Shown piece by piece: positions 53,153-63,558 of a stretch of DNA of 64,000 nucleotides. The position numbers and the translations under genes were made by a program. This stretch comes from Candidatus Peregrinibacteria bacterium. Its GTDB lineage: Bacteria > Patescibacteriota > Gracilibacteria > UBA1369. Location of the stretch: assembly GCA_963708185.1 (NCBI GenBank), contig OY970195.1, forward strand, positions 949,482 to 1,013,481. Reading direction: 5' to 3'. Under the pieces are notes generated by a model. That model saw nothing but the letters and a program-made list of their open reading frames with translations, searched no databases and had not been told where the DNA came from. Numbering within the stretch: position 1 is the stretch's first letter; every line of letters begins with the position of its first letter.

Positions 53153-53782
53153 CTACTGGCTGATCTTGAGGGTGTTGATGATCCTGGTAAGTTCCGCGGT
53201 GTAAAGATCACCGCGATCTCCAAGCAGGAACGTCACCAGGTAGCCGTCCTTGCTGAAATCAATCTCCGTTTCCCAGTATGGACCGGGGGCCTCCACATCG
53301 ATCTTGTCCATTGCCATGTAGATCGTTGTACCTGAGATCTCCATCTCTTTATACTCGGGGGTCGCCAGGCAATCACCGCCCATATTGGTACACTCCTGCT
53401 TCCACGTGGCGAAACGGTTGCTTGCCTCGTTCTTGGCGTCGGCGTCGGTTCCGGGATGAATCTCCGGTTCGAGTTTGACGAATGCGTTGTCACCAACTTT
53501 GGAAGCATGGTGCCAAATTGCGACGAGATCCTGCGGGGTGTCGAGCCACTCCCACCCGTCGGGCAGGTCGTAGCTCACGTTGAGCGCCTGTTGGGTCGCT
53601 GGCGGTTGACTGTCGCCGGAAGACTGGTTTCCGCCTTTCTGTTGAGATCCTCCGGTTCCCTGTTGGGTTCCCGGCGGCATGTAGGGCGTATTGGGTGAGG
53701 AGTCGCATCCCGCCATGAGCATGACGAAAAGTACCGCAAAGCACACCGCTGCGCGGTTCAAAATTTTTACGAACGTATTCAT
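53153..53782 (-). CDS. Lipoprotein of unknown function
   Basis: The start is set at ATG 53782 (MNTFVKIL..) because GGAG lies 6 nt upstream. The lipobox is VMLMAGC. It is 21 nt upstream of the M23 gene and likely co-transcribed. Confidence 0.6.
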   Translation of the reverse strand: MNTFVKILNRAAVCFAVLFVMLMAGCDSSPNTPYMPPGTQQGTGGSQQKGGNQSSGDSQPPATQQALNVSYDLPDGWEWLDTPQDLVAIWHHASKVGDNAFVKLEPEIHPGTDADAKNEASNRFATWKQECTNMGGDCLATPEYKEMEISGTTIYMAMDKIDVEAPGPYWETEIDFSKDGYLVTFLLGDRGDLYTAELTRIINTLKISQ

Positions 53783-54036
53783 GTGGTTCTCCATGGATGT
53801 TTGAGTTAGCGTGTTAAGAATAGCCCGACTTCTTGCAAAGTGGAATTTTTGTTTACGGTTTGTGTATGCGTCTTCGTTGATTTTAAGGATCGCTCGTTGA
53901 TCGCTGCTGTTTTGGCAAGATCAACAAGACGGCCTCATCATAAGCGAACAGTGATGATCGAATTCTCAACGAATTCTAAAAAAATTGACTTCAATTTTGT
54001 TTGGGTGTAATTATTTATTTTCCGTAACCTTTCGCC

Positions 54037-54468
54037 ATGAAGGCTGTCATTTTTGATTTTAACCGGACGCTTTATGATCCGGAACAGGGGTCTTTCATCC
54101 AGGGGGCCGTCGCCTCACTGGAAAAGTTGAAACGTGACGGTTGTCTTTTGTTTCTTGTTGGCAAGGGCACCAATGAAAGAGCCAATCTTATCAATGAACT
54201 GGGGCTTCATCGCTATTTTGACAAAATCATCGTCAAAAAAGAAAAAGAGGTTGATGATTTCAAATATCTGAAAAAGAAATATCCCGACGCCGATTTTTAT
54301 GTTTTCGGCGACCGCGTGAGAAAGGAGATCAAGTTCGGCAATGCATGCGGTTTCAAGACGATCTGGTTCAAAAGCGGTAAATTTGCAGACGAAGTTGCGG
54401 AAACCAACGATGAAAAACCATGGAAAACCATTGAAAGTTATGATGAGCTGGAAGAAGCTCTGGAGTGA
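54037..54468 (+). CDS. Small HAD-superfamily hydrolase-like protein
   Basis: 143 aa. Motif I is IFDFNRTL (DxN instead of DxD) and motif IV is FGDRVRKEI. Confidence 0.6.
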   Translation: MKAVIFDFNRTLYDPEQGSFIQGAVASLEKLKRDGCLLFLVGKGTNERANLINELGLHRYFDKIIVKKEKEVDDFKYLKKKYPDADFYVFGDRVRKEIKFGNACGFKTIWFKSGKFADEVAETNDEKPWKTIESYDELEEALE

Positions 54469-54471
54469 TTT

Positions 54472-55581
54472 TTAGGGTTTTTTATGCCCTTCGAACACCT
54501 CCAGGGCGGCCTTGGCAGAGGCCTTCCAGGTGAACTTTTCTGCGCGGCGCAAGCCGCGTTCAATCAACATGTTTCTGATCTGATCGTTCTCGATCAAACT
54601 GACGACGGAATCGGCGATTTTGCGGGCGTTTTTGGGGTCGATGAGTATTCCGGCGTCTCCGATGACTTCGGGCAAACTGGCCACGTTGGAAGACACGACG
54701 GGGCATCCGCAGGCCATGGCTTCGAGCGGGGGTATTCCAAATCCTTCATAGAGTGAAGGAAAGACGAAAACGGTGGCGCAGGCGTACATTTTCTTGAGGT
54801 CCTCGGCTTCAAGGTAGCCGGGAAAAATGACGTCGTTTTGAAGCTTGAACTCCTTGAGGCGTTGTTCGATGTGCTCGTATTTCCATCCCTTTTTGCCGAC
54901 GATGACGAGCTTGGAGTCCGGCAGTTTGCTTTTAATGAGGACAAAACTTTTGATAAGTGTCCCGAAGTTTTTGCGCGGCTCCAGCGTTCCTACGGCCAAT
55001 ATGAATTGATCAGGCAGTTTGTATTTCTGGCGAAACTTGGCTAATTCTTCCTGTTTTACGGGTTCTTTATAAAAATCGGACGGAGCGCATGGGACCAGAT
55101 GAACGCGCGCCGCAGGATACTTGAAACGCTTGAGGAGGTCTTTTTTGGTGTTCTCGGACACCACGAAAATCTGCGACGCTTTTTTGACGGCGCGGCGCAA
55201 TGTCAGCCTTTCGATGACAACAGCTTTGGCGTTGTGATGTCTCGGAAAAAGGAAAGCCACGAGGTCGTGGACGGTGATGATGACCTTGAGCCACTTCGGA
55301 GCCATGGATGGAATGATGTAGCTTGTAGGGGCGAAGAAGAGGTCTGGCTTGTCCGCCTTGAGGTCCTTGAGCACGTTGAGATGCCACTTGAAGCCTTTGC
55401 CGCGGATATGCTTTTCCCGGGCGTTTTTGAACTCTTTGAAGGGATTTTTTTCGCTATCGGAATAAAGGGTATATTCGTTTTTGGAATCGAGCTTGAGGAG
55501 TTCGAGCACGAGGTTATAGGTGTACCATCCCTTGCCGGTTTTTTCAGCTCCGGCTTCACGGATGTCGATGGCTATTTTCAT
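54472..55581 (-). CDS. GT4 (GT-B, 'glycosyl transferases group 1') glycosyltransferase
   Basis: 369 aa. The C-terminal signature is [33 protein letters not shown]. Confidence 0.9.
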   Translation of the reverse strand: MKIAIDIREAGAEKTGKGWYTYNLVLELLKLDSKNEYTLYSDSEKNPFKEFKNAREKHIRGKGFKWHLNVLKDLKADKPDLFFAPTSYIIPSMAPKWLKVIITVHDLVAFLFPRHHNAKAVVIERLTLRRAVKKASQIFVVSENTKKDLLKRFKYPAARVHLVPCAPSDFYKEPVKQEELAKFRQKYKLPDQFILAVGTLEPRKNFGTLIKSFVLIKSKLPDSKLVIVGKKGWKYEHIEQRLKEFKLQNDVIFPGYLEAEDLKKMYACATVFVFPSLYEGFGIPPLEAMACGCPVVSSNVASLPEVIGDAGILIDPKNARKIADSVVSLIENDQIRNMLIERGLRRAEKFTWKASAKAALEVFEGHKKP

Positions 55582-55679
55582 CGGAAAATTTTCATATTTG
55601 GAGTTAAGCTGGCCAATATTAATCGAAAATCTTTCTATTTACAATACTGGGCCGTTTGTTCCTCCAATCCAAACTTCCG

Positions 55680-55709
55680 TTTACAAAAAGGAGTTTGCTG
55701 TTCTATAGT
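55680..55709 (+). promoter_or_regulatory. Candidate sigma70 promoter
   Basis: TTTACA (55680-55685), an 18-nt spacer, then TATAGT (55704-55709), 27 nt upstream of the ATG at 55737. Confidence 0.45.
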
Positions 55710-55736
55710 GAGCTCAGGTTATTTAAGCTTACAATT

Positions 55737-56486
55737 ATGCCAAATCCACGACTCGCTCAAATCATCGCAAAGCTCCCGTTTGAGAGGAAACTTGTCGGTA
55801 TTGGTTCGATTTTGATGGTTGTTTCGCTGTTTTTCCCCTGGTACCAGGACATCGATTCTTTCCATACCGGTGACACTTTTACCGGCCTGACCGGGCCGCT
55901 GTATTTTGCCGGATTCACGTTCCTGGTGCTTGCTTCGATCTCCATTCTGATGATGGTGATGGATTATCTGGACCGACAGATCCCCATCTTTAAAATGAAA
56001 ACTTCCAAGTTTCATTTGTGGACCGGCGTCTTTTCTTTTTACATGCTCTTTTTGATCGGATCGGTGTATTTTCATCCGGCCTTCGGCGTGAATATCACGC
56101 TCAAACAGTCGGGGTTCGGCATGTTCACGGCCTATGCTGCTGCGGCGTTGATGACGATTGGCGGATACATGGAAGGCCGCGGCAAGGCTGCGATCAAAGC
56201 TTTTGAAAAAGAGACGCGCGAAGAACCGGTCAAGGAGCAGGAAGTTACACCACGCGTCGTTGAAACGAAGGTCGTCCATCCCATGATTGAACGAAAGCCC
56301 CGCGAAAGTCTCCGCAACATGAAACCTGTCCAGCCGGAAACTCCCCAGCAACCGGCCATGGATCTCGGAAACGCCGAACAGACGCCTGTTCATGCACAAC
56401 CGGCCGCTGCGCCCGCGCAAGCCGCTGCAAAGCCGGCGGAACCTCAAAAAGAAAGCCATGTTCAACCTTACCGCATGGACCTTTAG
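55737..56486 (+). CDS. Polytopic membrane protein with Pro/Ala/Gln-rich C-terminal tail
   Basis: The start is set at ATG 55737 (MPNPRLAQII). About 5 TM segments, then ..PQQPAMDLGNAEQTPVHAQPAAAPAQAAAKPAEPQ... No family recognised. Confidence 0.55.
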   Translation: MPNPRLAQIIAKLPFERKLVGIGSILMVVSLFFPWYQDIDSFHTGDTFTGLTGPLYFAGFTFLVLASISILMMVMDYLDRQIPIFKMKTSKFHLWTGVFSFYMLFLIGSVYFHPAFGVNITLKQSGFGMFTAYAAAALMTIGGYMEGRGKAAIKAFEKETREEPVKEQEVTPRVVETKVVHPMIERKPRESLRNMKPVQPETPQQPAMDLGNAEQTPVHAQPAAAPAQAAAKPAEPQKESHVQPYRMDL

Positions 56487-56497
56487 CATAAACTTTT

Positions 56498-56758
56498 ATG
56501 ATCCCAGGGAAAATTTACGTCGACAACAAACTTCCTCCTGAACTGGTTTTTTACTGCAAGGACTGCAGGAAAATCGTTGAAACTACGCCCGTCGGGAAAA
56601 AGTTCGTCTACACATGCAATATTTGCAAAACGAAAAATGTTGCCTTTGGAACGGTCAAAAGCATCAAGAATTTTTATCGTGTTCCTGAAGAAAACCAGGA
56701 AGCTCCAACTTTTAGCGAAGCTGAGAAGAAAGCCATGGATGCGGATAAGTTGATGTAA
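56498..56758 (+). CDS. Small zinc-ribbon protein
   Basis: 86 aa with two CxxC pairs (CKDCRK .. CNICKT). Confidence 0.5.
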   Translation: MIPGKIYVDNKLPPELVFYCKDCRKIVETTPVGKKFVYTCNICKTKNVAFGTVKSIKNFYRVPEENQEAPTFSEAEKKAMDADKLM

Positions 56759-56799
56759 CGTTCAAGAGCGGTTATACTGGCCGCCTCTAACAAACATTT

Positions 56800-57333
56800 A
56801 TGAAGAATATTTCACGGTTATTTTTGCTGACAGGCGTTGCCATGTTTACGCTTACAGCGTGCGGGACGAAAACTCCGACCACGACCGAGAGTCAGACCCA
56901 GCAGTCAACGCAACAAAGCACCCCGACATCGGTCATCGGAGGATTGGATCAGAGCGTCGCGTTTGCGCCGCCAAGCTATCGCTCAACGGAGACTGCTTCG
57001 TCGGACTCAGCGGCCAAAAACTCGAGCTCAGCAGGATCTTCAACTTTCATGTACGAAGGTGGCTCCGGTCCAAGCGAAACCTACCACGTTCAAAGCAGTG
57101 ACGGCAGCGACTATGCCGTGACGTTGAATCCGGTGAGTTCGGAAGCCACGCCGCAGGGGACCACCACGATGACCTATGACGTGGCCGTGCAAAACGTCTC
57201 TTCTACAAGTGCAGGAACGGCTCCCATTTTCCACGGAGTTGTTCCGTCATATCAAAATGCATACCGGGCTTCGTATCTGGCCGGGCCGGTGTTCCACGGA
57301 GCCGTTCCGATCTTCCACGGTGTCGTGCGGTAG
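56800..57333 (+). CDS. Lipoprotein with Ser/Thr/Gln-rich linker and C-terminal FHG(V/A)V repeats
   Basis: Lipobox FTLTACG. The C-terminus is APIFHGVVPSYQNAYRASYLAGPVFHGAVPIFHGVVR. Confidence 0.55.
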   Translation: MKNISRLFLLTGVAMFTLTACGTKTPTTTESQTQQSTQQSTPTSVIGGLDQSVAFAPPSYRSTETASSDSAAKNSSSAGSSTFMYEGGSGPSETYHVQSSDGSDYAVTLNPVSSEATPQGTTTMTYDVAVQNVSSTSAGTAPIFHGVVPSYQNAYRASYLAGPVFHGAVPIFHGVVR

Positions 57334-57342
57334 TTCGATGTT

Positions 57343-57750
57343 TCAATGAAGCGTCGGCAGTTTGGCCGCGGTGACGCGCTGGATGAATTCGTAATCGTGG
57401 CGCCAGAATGCGTTTTCCAGGACGGCAACCAGCGCACGTTCCTTGGAAACGAAATGGAGAAAACATTCGTCTTGTTCCGCTTCTTCGTCGGAAATGACGA
57501 TGCCTTTTTCACGTAAAATCCTCCGGATATTGTCGGTAACCCTTTCCATGGCGAAAGATACGGTGCAGACGTAAAGTCCGGCCTGGCTAAGGTTCGGAAG
57601 CCGGTGATCGTAGGTAATGGAAACGGCAAGCTTCTCATCACGGAGAACGGCAAGGAGGGAGCATTTCACTTCTTCCGGCATATTCGCATCCATGACGATG
57701 TTCTCTTTTTCGACGATGGAGAGCTTTTTTTCGGGTCCTTCGAGCGACAT
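57343..57750 (-). CDS. Hypothetical protein
   Basis: 135-aa ORF with an ATG start and no competing ORF. No family recognised. Confidence 0.45.
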   Translation of the reverse strand: MSLEGPEKKLSIVEKENIVMDANMPEEVKCSLLAVLRDEKLAVSITYDHRLPNLSQAGLYVCTVSFAMERVTDNIRRILREKGIVISDEEAEQDECFLHFVSKERALVAVLENAFWRHDYEFIQRVTAAKLPTLH

Positions 57751-57809
57751 GGCAAAATATTACAAAATGGAAGGTTTGCCATATTAAAATATTACTCTTA
57801 AAATGTCAA

Positions 57810-60023
57810 TTACTCTACTTTTTTGAGCGGGGCGATGGAAAGTGCCAGCTTCTTGATGCCGTATTTGGGGTTCTTGAAGCAGACGGTGGCCACGCCGCCC
57901 TTCACCGAAACAATGACACCATCACCAAAAGACTGATGATAAACCTTGTCCCCGTCAGAGAATTCAGGGGTAAAGTCGGGCGGCTCCACGGGGATGGGAC
58001 TCCCGCCGATTTCGCCGGCGCTGAGCGAGCGGTGTTTTTGCTTTTCGGGTTTGTCCATGACCTCCTCGGGAATGTCGTCGAGGAACTGCGACGGGGCGCT
58101 GGACTGGACTTCACCGTAGAGCATGCGGTTTTTGGCGTGCGTCATGTAGAGCTTGTCCTTGGCGCGGGTAATCGCAACGTACATGAGGCGACGTTCTTCT
58201 TCGAGCTCGTCGCGTTCCAAAAGACTGCGTGAATGCGGAAAAATTCCTTCTTCCAGTCCGGCAAGAAACACCACCGGGAACTCGAGTCCCTTGGCGGAAT
58301 GGATCGTCATGAACGTTACGGCGTTGTCCTGTTCGCTCATGGTGTCGATGTCGGCGATGAGTGAAATTTCCTCGAGAAAAATATTGAGGGAAAGCCCCGC
58401 CTCGAGATTGTTGTACTTGGAAGCCACGCTGACAAGTTCGTAAATGTTCTCGACGCGCGCATCTCCTTCCGAGGTGTTGTCATCGACCATCTGCTTGTAG
58501 CCCGTGTACTCAAGGACGTGTTTAATGAGTCCTGAAGCCGGGAATTCGTGGTTGATCTTCTGAAGTTTCTTGATGAGTTCGACGAACTTTCTGATGACGG
58601 TGATTTTTGTTCCGGCAAGTTCAAGGTCAGCGACGTATGGATTTCCCGGTGACTCTTTTTCCGCTTTTTCAGCTTCATCCGCAATTTTTTCCATGGCCTG
58701 ATAGATGGAAAGTCCGTTCTGGATCGAGTACTGCTGGAGTGTTTCGATGGTTTTGGCTCCAATTTTTCTGGCAGGAGTATTGATGATTCTCAGCAGGCTC
58801 ACCGAATCGTTGGGGTTCTGGATAAGCCGCAAATAGGCCACGATGTCCTTGATCTCCTTGCGTTCGTAGAAGCGGATGCCGCCCACAATTTTGTAAGGAA
58901 TGCCATAGCGGAGGAACACTTCTTCCAGCACGCGCGACTGGGCGTTGGTGCGGTACAAGATGACGAAATCACGGTAGTCGGGAGTTTCATGAGCCTTGAG
59001 TTTCTCCAGGATTTCCTGGGCAATGAACTCCCCCTCGGCACGTTCATTTTCCATGGGGCGGAGCGTGATTTTTTCACCGTCTTCGCGCTCGGTCCAGAGT
59101 TTTTTGTCCTTGCGTTTGGAGTTTTTCACGATGATGTTGTGGGCCGCGTCGAGGATGTTTTGACTGGAACGGTAGTTCTGTTCGAGCATGATGGTGACGG
59201 CATCCGGATAATCTTTTTCAAAATTCAAAATGTTGGTGATGTTGGCCCCGCGGAAGCTGTAAATGCTCTGGTCGGAATCGCCGATGACGCAGAGGTTACG
59301 GTATTTTTCGGCGAGCATGTTCGTAAGTACGTACTGGGCGTGGTTGGTGTCCTGGTACTCATCAACGGAAATGAACTGGAATTTTTCCTGGAATTTGTCG
59401 AGAACGTTCTGGTGCTGTTTGAAGAGCTCCACGGTCTTCATGATGATGTCGTCAAAGTCGAGGGCGCTGTTTTTCTGGAGCCGCTCCTGATATTTTTCAT
59501 AGACCTCGGCCACGCGTTCAGTGAAGAAATTGTTGGCATATTGGTGGTACTGTGTTGGTCCGATGAGCTGATTCTTGGCTCCGGAAATGTAGTGAAGGAT
59601 GGCGCGGGGATTGGTCTGTTTTTCGTCAATGTTGAGATCTTTGAGGATCTGTTTGACGAGGATCTGCTGGTCCGCGGTGTCGTAAATGGTGAAAGCGTTT
59701 TCATACCCCAGAAGATGAATGTTTTTGCGGAGCATGCGCACGCAGGTGGCGTGGAACGTTCCGAGCGCGGGGAGGTCGGCCTCGTCCTCTTTGTTGAGGA
59801 GTTTGATGACACGCTTTTTCATTTCCTGGGCCGCTTTGTTGGTAAAGGTCACCGCCAAGATATTCCAGGGATGAACGTTTTTTTCCTGGATCATGTAGGC
59901 GATGCGGTGGGTCAACGCCCTGGTTTTTCCCGATCCCGCTCCCGCAAGCACAAGCACAGGACCGTGCGTCGCCTTTACGGCCTCCTGCTGTTTAGGGTTC
60001 AAATTTTGAAGAATGTCTGACAC
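57810..60023 (-). CDS. pcrA: ATP-dependent DNA helicase PcrA/UvrD
   Basis: GTG start. Walker A GAGSGKT, motif II DEYQDTN, and FMTIHSAKGLEF..MYVAITRAK, over 737 aa. Confidence 0.95.
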   Translation of the reverse strand: MSDILQNLNPKQQEAVKATHGPVLVLAGAGSGKTRALTHRIAYMIQEKNVHPWNILAVTFTNKAAQEMKKRVIKLLNKEDEADLPALGTFHATCVRMLRKNIHLLGYENAFTIYDTADQQILVKQILKDLNIDEKQTNPRAILHYISGAKNQLIGPTQYHQYANNFFTERVAEVYEKYQERLQKNSALDFDDIIMKTVELFKQHQNVLDKFQEKFQFISVDEYQDTNHAQYVLTNMLAEKYRNLCVIGDSDQSIYSFRGANITNILNFEKDYPDAVTIMLEQNYRSSQNILDAAHNIIVKNSKRKDKKLWTEREDGEKITLRPMENERAEGEFIAQEILEKLKAHETPDYRDFVILYRTNAQSRVLEEVFLRYGIPYKIVGGIRFYERKEIKDIVAYLRLIQNPNDSVSLLRIINTPARKIGAKTIETLQQYSIQNGLSIYQAMEKIADEAEKAEKESPGNPYVADLELAGTKITVIRKFVELIKKLQKINHEFPASGLIKHVLEYTGYKQMVDDNTSEGDARVENIYELVSVASKYNNLEAGLSLNIFLEEISLIADIDTMSEQDNAVTFMTIHSAKGLEFPVVFLAGLEEGIFPHSRSLLERDELEEERRLMYVAITRAKDKLYMTHAKNRMLYGEVQSSAPSQFLDDIPEEVMDKPEKQKHRSLSAGEIGGSPIPVEPPDFTPEFSDGDKVYHQSFGDGVIVSVKGGVATVCFKNPKYGIKKLALSIAPLKKVE

Positions 60024-60061
60024 TGTTGCGGTTTCTTATGAGATTTTGCTGGAAATTTTAC

Positions 60062-60089
60062 TTGACAAGTATGGGTAAATTATTATATC
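60062..60089 (+). promoter_or_regulatory. Candidate sigma70 promoter
   Basis: TTGACA (60062-60067), a 16-nt spacer, then TATATC (60084-60089), upstream of the ATG at 60128. Confidence 0.4.
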
Positions 60090-60127
60090 TTAATCTCCTT
60101 ATTTTTCAATACCTTTATTTACCCTGT

Positions 60128-60922
60128 ATGGGAGATTCTACTAAACCGTCGGCTGGTGGAGAAGGGGAAAATCTTGTTCATCTTCCGGGCGTGAAAAAAA
60201 ATCCACGAACAGGAGAACCCGAAGTCGTGAAGGCAGATGGGCCGAAAGAGAAAACCAACGGCGAAGCTCCTGCTGACGTCGTCGCAGCCATCTCCGGCAT
60301 CCAGGATGAGACCGTACAGAAAACCGGAGAGAATGTCGGTAATGTTGTACGGGTGAATTTTTCGAAAGAGCGCCAAAAAACTATTCCTTCTTCACATACT
60401 AAACCGAACGCTATGGGAAAGGGAAATAAGCGCAGCATTGGTAGGATCAATTTAGCAAAAAGCAGACCGCGTCCAAAAAAACTCGATCATAAAGTTGACG
60501 GACTCACCGTCGTTCCATCCCAAAAAGTGAAGACCATCACCGGAGGAAAAATCAGTGAAATCAGTGAGGCGGCACTGAGACATCGGGAAAATCACGCCAT
60601 TCGCAGAGGCCGCAAACGTTTGTTCCAGGTTGTGGGGCTCCACGAACGTGAACTTTCAGAACAAGAAGCTGAACAGCCTGCCGTAGCAGCCAGGAACCTG
60701 GAAGCTTTAATGGCAGAGGATTTCAGTGATGAAAAAAGAGAGACCGACCAGAAATTTTTCCATGAAGTCGCCTTGATTTTACTTTCCCTCTGGCCAAGAA
60801 ATTGGAGTAGATATCTTGATGATACAAGGATTGAGGGTATCATGCAGGCGATTCGTGACAAAGACACGCACGCACGCATATTGGCCCTCATCAAAAATTG
60901 CGCCGATCATCCGATCAGCTAA
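60128..60922 (+). CDS. Hypothetical protein (disordered basic N-terminal half, helical C-terminal part)
   Basis: The start is set at ATG 60128 (MGDSTKPS..), downstream of the predicted promoter. No family recognised. Confidence 0.45.
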   Translation: MGDSTKPSAGGEGENLVHLPGVKKNPRTGEPEVVKADGPKEKTNGEAPADVVAAISGIQDETVQKTGENVGNVVRVNFSKERQKTIPSSHTKPNAMGKGNKRSIGRINLAKSRPRPKKLDHKVDGLTVVPSQKVKTITGGKISEISEAALRHRENHAIRRGRKRLFQVVGLHERELSEQEAEQPAVAARNLEALMAEDFSDEKRETDQKFFHEVALILLSLWPRNWSRYLDDTRIEGIMQAIRDKDTHARILALIKNCADHPIS

Positions 60923-60935
60923 AACCCTCCAGAAA

Positions 60936-61223
60936 ATGACATCAGGTCCAAAAGAAAAATTGTCGTCACAGGACGAGACTGGCATCGTCTCACCTCCCCA
61001 GAGCCAGGAACGGGCTCGGGCTTTGATCGACGATATCGTCGGTCCTTCCGCTGAAGATCTTGTCAATGAGGCGCGCTTGTTATGGGAAGAAGATCCCGAA
61101 CTGGCAGCCATGCTCGGAATCGAGATCGACGGGATCGCGAACATGAAAGACGAAAAAAAAGGTGATCGTCCGAAAGCTCAAAAGTCCGCTCCAAGAAAAC
61201 GAAGGACTACCTCCGGACGGTAA
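60936..61223 (+). CDS. Small hypothetical protein
   Basis: 95 aa from ATG 60936 (MTSGPKEK..), 13 nt after the previous stop. It has a basic tail, and its 3' end overlaps the convergent ldt gene by 17 nt. Confidence 0.35.
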   Translation: MTSGPKEKLSSQDETGIVSPPQSQERARALIDDIVGPSAEDLVNEARLLWEEDPELAAMLGIEIDGIANMKDEKKGDRPKAQKSAPRKRRTTSGR

Positions 61224-62262
61224 CCGGAGTTCCAACGTCGGTAAAATCCCAGACGTATTGTGCATCTTGTGGCAGCAGGCGAATGCAGCCATGGCTCTTG
61301 GGTGTGCCAATGTGGTTCAAAGCTTCACGCCAGAACACACCGCGGTCGTTGGCGAGGCTCGGCAGGGCGTGAATTCCGTAGCCGCCCGCCCTGAATTCCA
61401 TAAAGAGCGGCATGATGTAATGCGGAGAGGAGGAAGCCACACGGACGGTTTGCTTCAAAAGAATTTTCGTCGTGCCCGTGGGGGTGGGGTGGAGATATGA
61501 CCCCGTGCTCACCGGGAAGGTTCGGATGGTTGTTTTCCCGATGTTGATGTACATCCGTTGTTCGGAAAGATCTACGACAATGTTTTTTCCTCCTTCGAGT
61601 TTGAGGTTGGAAAGATTTCCGCTGACCTGGACATATTTGAGTAAGTTCTCAGTTTCCTGATCGAGCGTGGCATTGCCGACATTGATATCCACGGAAAACA
61701 GTGCATCCCCGCCCATCCAGGTAACGCCTTCGGCGACCGGAGCGTAGTATTCGCGGTACACTCCCGGCGTTGTCGGCGCTTTGGCCGTGATGGTGAAAGA
61801 TGCGGCGTTCAAAGGACTCACCCGTTTGTTATCCATCTTCACGCGGGACCCGCTGATCCAGGTGTTCAGGCTTCCGGTGTCCGGATTTTTTTCAACGGTG
61901 TAAAAAGAGCTGATGCGGTCGCGCTCCTTTTCGGTTCCCAGATGAACGACGGTCATGCTGTTGCAGCCGCTGTCTTCCGAAAACCAGGGAACGTTTCCAG
62001 TGTTCTGCATGAAAACCTGCATGGTAAAAACTTGACCGGGTTCAACGAAGCCGGGCTTTTTGATGGCCAGGAACTTCCCCTGGAAATCGGGTTTTCCGAC
62101 TGAAGCGAAACTGCAGCTGACCTCTGCGGATGAGACCGGCTGATTGACAGACTGTTGAGTTTGCTGGGTTTGTGCCGGAGCGGTTTGCGCAAAAACTGTC
62201 GCCGGAAAGAGCACCATGGAAAAAAGGAATGTTTTGAAAAAAAGTTTGTGTGAGGTTTTCAT
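61207..62262 (-). CDS. L,D-transpeptidase (YkuD domain)
   Basis: Signal peptide ..ATVFAQT. The C-terminal YkuD catalytic motif is GIHALP..PKSHGCIRLLPQDAQYVWDF. Confidence 0.85.
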   Translation of the reverse strand: MKTSHKLFFKTFLFSMVLFPATVFAQTAPAQTQQTQQSVNQPVSSAEVSCSFASVGKPDFQGKFLAIKKPGFVEPGQVFTMQVFMQNTGNVPWFSEDSGCNSMTVVHLGTEKERDRISSFYTVEKNPDTGSLNTWISGSRVKMDNKRVSPLNAASFTITAKAPTTPGVYREYYAPVAEGVTWMGGDALFSVDINVGNATLDQETENLLKYVQVSGNLSNLKLEGGKNIVVDLSEQRMYINIGKTTIRTFPVSTGSYLHPTPTGTTKILLKQTVRVASSSPHYIMPLFMEFRAGGYGIHALPSLANDRGVFWREALNHIGTPKSHGCIRLLPQDAQYVWDFTDVGTPVTVRR

Positions 62263-62353
62263 AGGGATTTTGTGTTTTTATGGATCAATAAATTATAACA
62301 CAAATTGCTGCTTTCGGCAATTACCCATGAATACCTCCTTCAATGGATTGGTT

Positions 62354-63145
62354 TTAGCGGAGGGCGATCCACGTTTGTGTCGCGTAGCGGGATTTGGCGA
62401 GTTCCGCAGCCCGTTTGAGTTCCTGATCGGTCCACGCACCTTCAGCGAATTTTTTGTTTTGGGTAAATCCTTTAAAGAGTGCTGCATACACCTCTTCCAT
62501 AGTGAGTTGCGGCTTTAAAAGTTTTAATGCACTCACCCGTTCTTCAACCGCCGCGATCATTTTATCGGCGATTTTTTCCTGCCCGACTTTAAGCAGGGAA
62601 AACATTTTCGGGACGTCCACCTGGTACAAAATTGTTCCGTGCTGGAGGAGGATTCCGTTGCGGCGGGTCTGCGCGTTTCCGGAAATTTTTTTGCCACCCA
62701 CGTTTTCGCCATCGGGGCCGGTAGCGTTCGGGGCAAGAATAATGTCGTTGATGGGTTTGAATTCCGAAGGTACTCCAAGCAGGTTCAAACTGTCGATGAT
62801 CCAACCGCAGATTTCGTGGTAGGACTCGGTGATCCCTTTGGGAAAAAGATTTTCAGGGGCGATGACGCTGTAGGTGATTTCCCCGTCGTGATCGTGAAAA
62901 ACGGCTCCGCCGCCGGTGCGACGACGGACGACGTCTACTCCGGCTTCACGGCATTTGTCGGTCGCGACCTCATCGTTGAGGCTCTGGAAATAGCCGATGG
63001 AAACCGCGCTGGGCTGCCAGCGATAAAACCTGATCGTGGGCCGGACTTTTCCTGCCGCGACCTCTTCGCTGCAGGCTTCGTCGAGCGCCATGTTGGTGAA
63101 AGCGTCGTGAATTTCAAGAGGAATGATGCGCCACTGTGTTTCCAT
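62354..63145 (-). CDS. lplA: Lipoate-protein ligase A, catalytic (N-terminal) domain only
   Basis: 263 aa. BPL/LPL catalytic-domain motifs are RRRTGGGAVFHD and GKKISGNAQTRRNGILLQHGTILY. The LplA C-terminal accessory domain is missing. Confidence 0.85.
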   Translation of the reverse strand: METQWRIIPLEIHDAFTNMALDEACSEEVAAGKVRPTIRFYRWQPSAVSIGYFQSLNDEVATDKCREAGVDVVRRRTGGGAVFHDHDGEITYSVIAPENLFPKGITESYHEICGWIIDSLNLLGVPSEFKPINDIILAPNATGPDGENVGGKKISGNAQTRRNGILLQHGTILYQVDVPKMFSLLKVGQEKIADKMIAAVEERVSALKLLKPQLTMEEVYAALFKGFTQNKKFAEGAWTDQELKRAAELAKSRYATQTWIALR

Positions 63146-63186
63146 GATCTTGCGTAAAAATATCGAACAGATAATATGGGAACGTT

Positions 63187-63486
63187 ATGTATCAAGCAAC
63201 CTTAAAAGTCGCCGGGGGAAAGCTCCTCCGGGTCACCATGGAGATGCAGAATATGGACGGAGATCTGCTCATCCAGAACATTCAACTTACCGGTGATTTC
63301 TTTTTGCACCCGGAAGATGTTTTGCCGGAGATCGAAAAAGCACTGAACGGCATGGGCTGGCCGACCGACGAGGATGAATACATCGGAGTGATCCAGGATG
63401 TTTTGAACAAATACCACGCCACATTCATCGGGGTATCGCCGCAGGACATCGCCCAGGCCATTTTGATGGCCAAGGAAACCGCTTGA
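63187..63486 (+). CDS. lplB: Stand-alone lipoate-protein ligase C-terminal domain protein (LplB-like)
   Basis: 99 aa. KVAGGKLLRVTMEMQ..IQNIQLTGDFFLHPEDVLPEIEKAL resembles the Lip_prot_lig_C domain. It is divergent from lplA with a 41-nt spacer. Confidence 0.65.
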   Translation: MYQATLKVAGGKLLRVTMEMQNMDGDLLIQNIQLTGDFFLHPEDVLPEIEKALNGMGWPTDEDEYIGVIQDVLNKYHATFIGVSPQDIAQAILMAKETA

Positions 63487-63558
63487 TGGCCTTGTATCCT
63501 TTTCAATCGAAGTGAAGTCGTGTACGATGAGATTCCACATAATTCTTCATGTTTTTTT

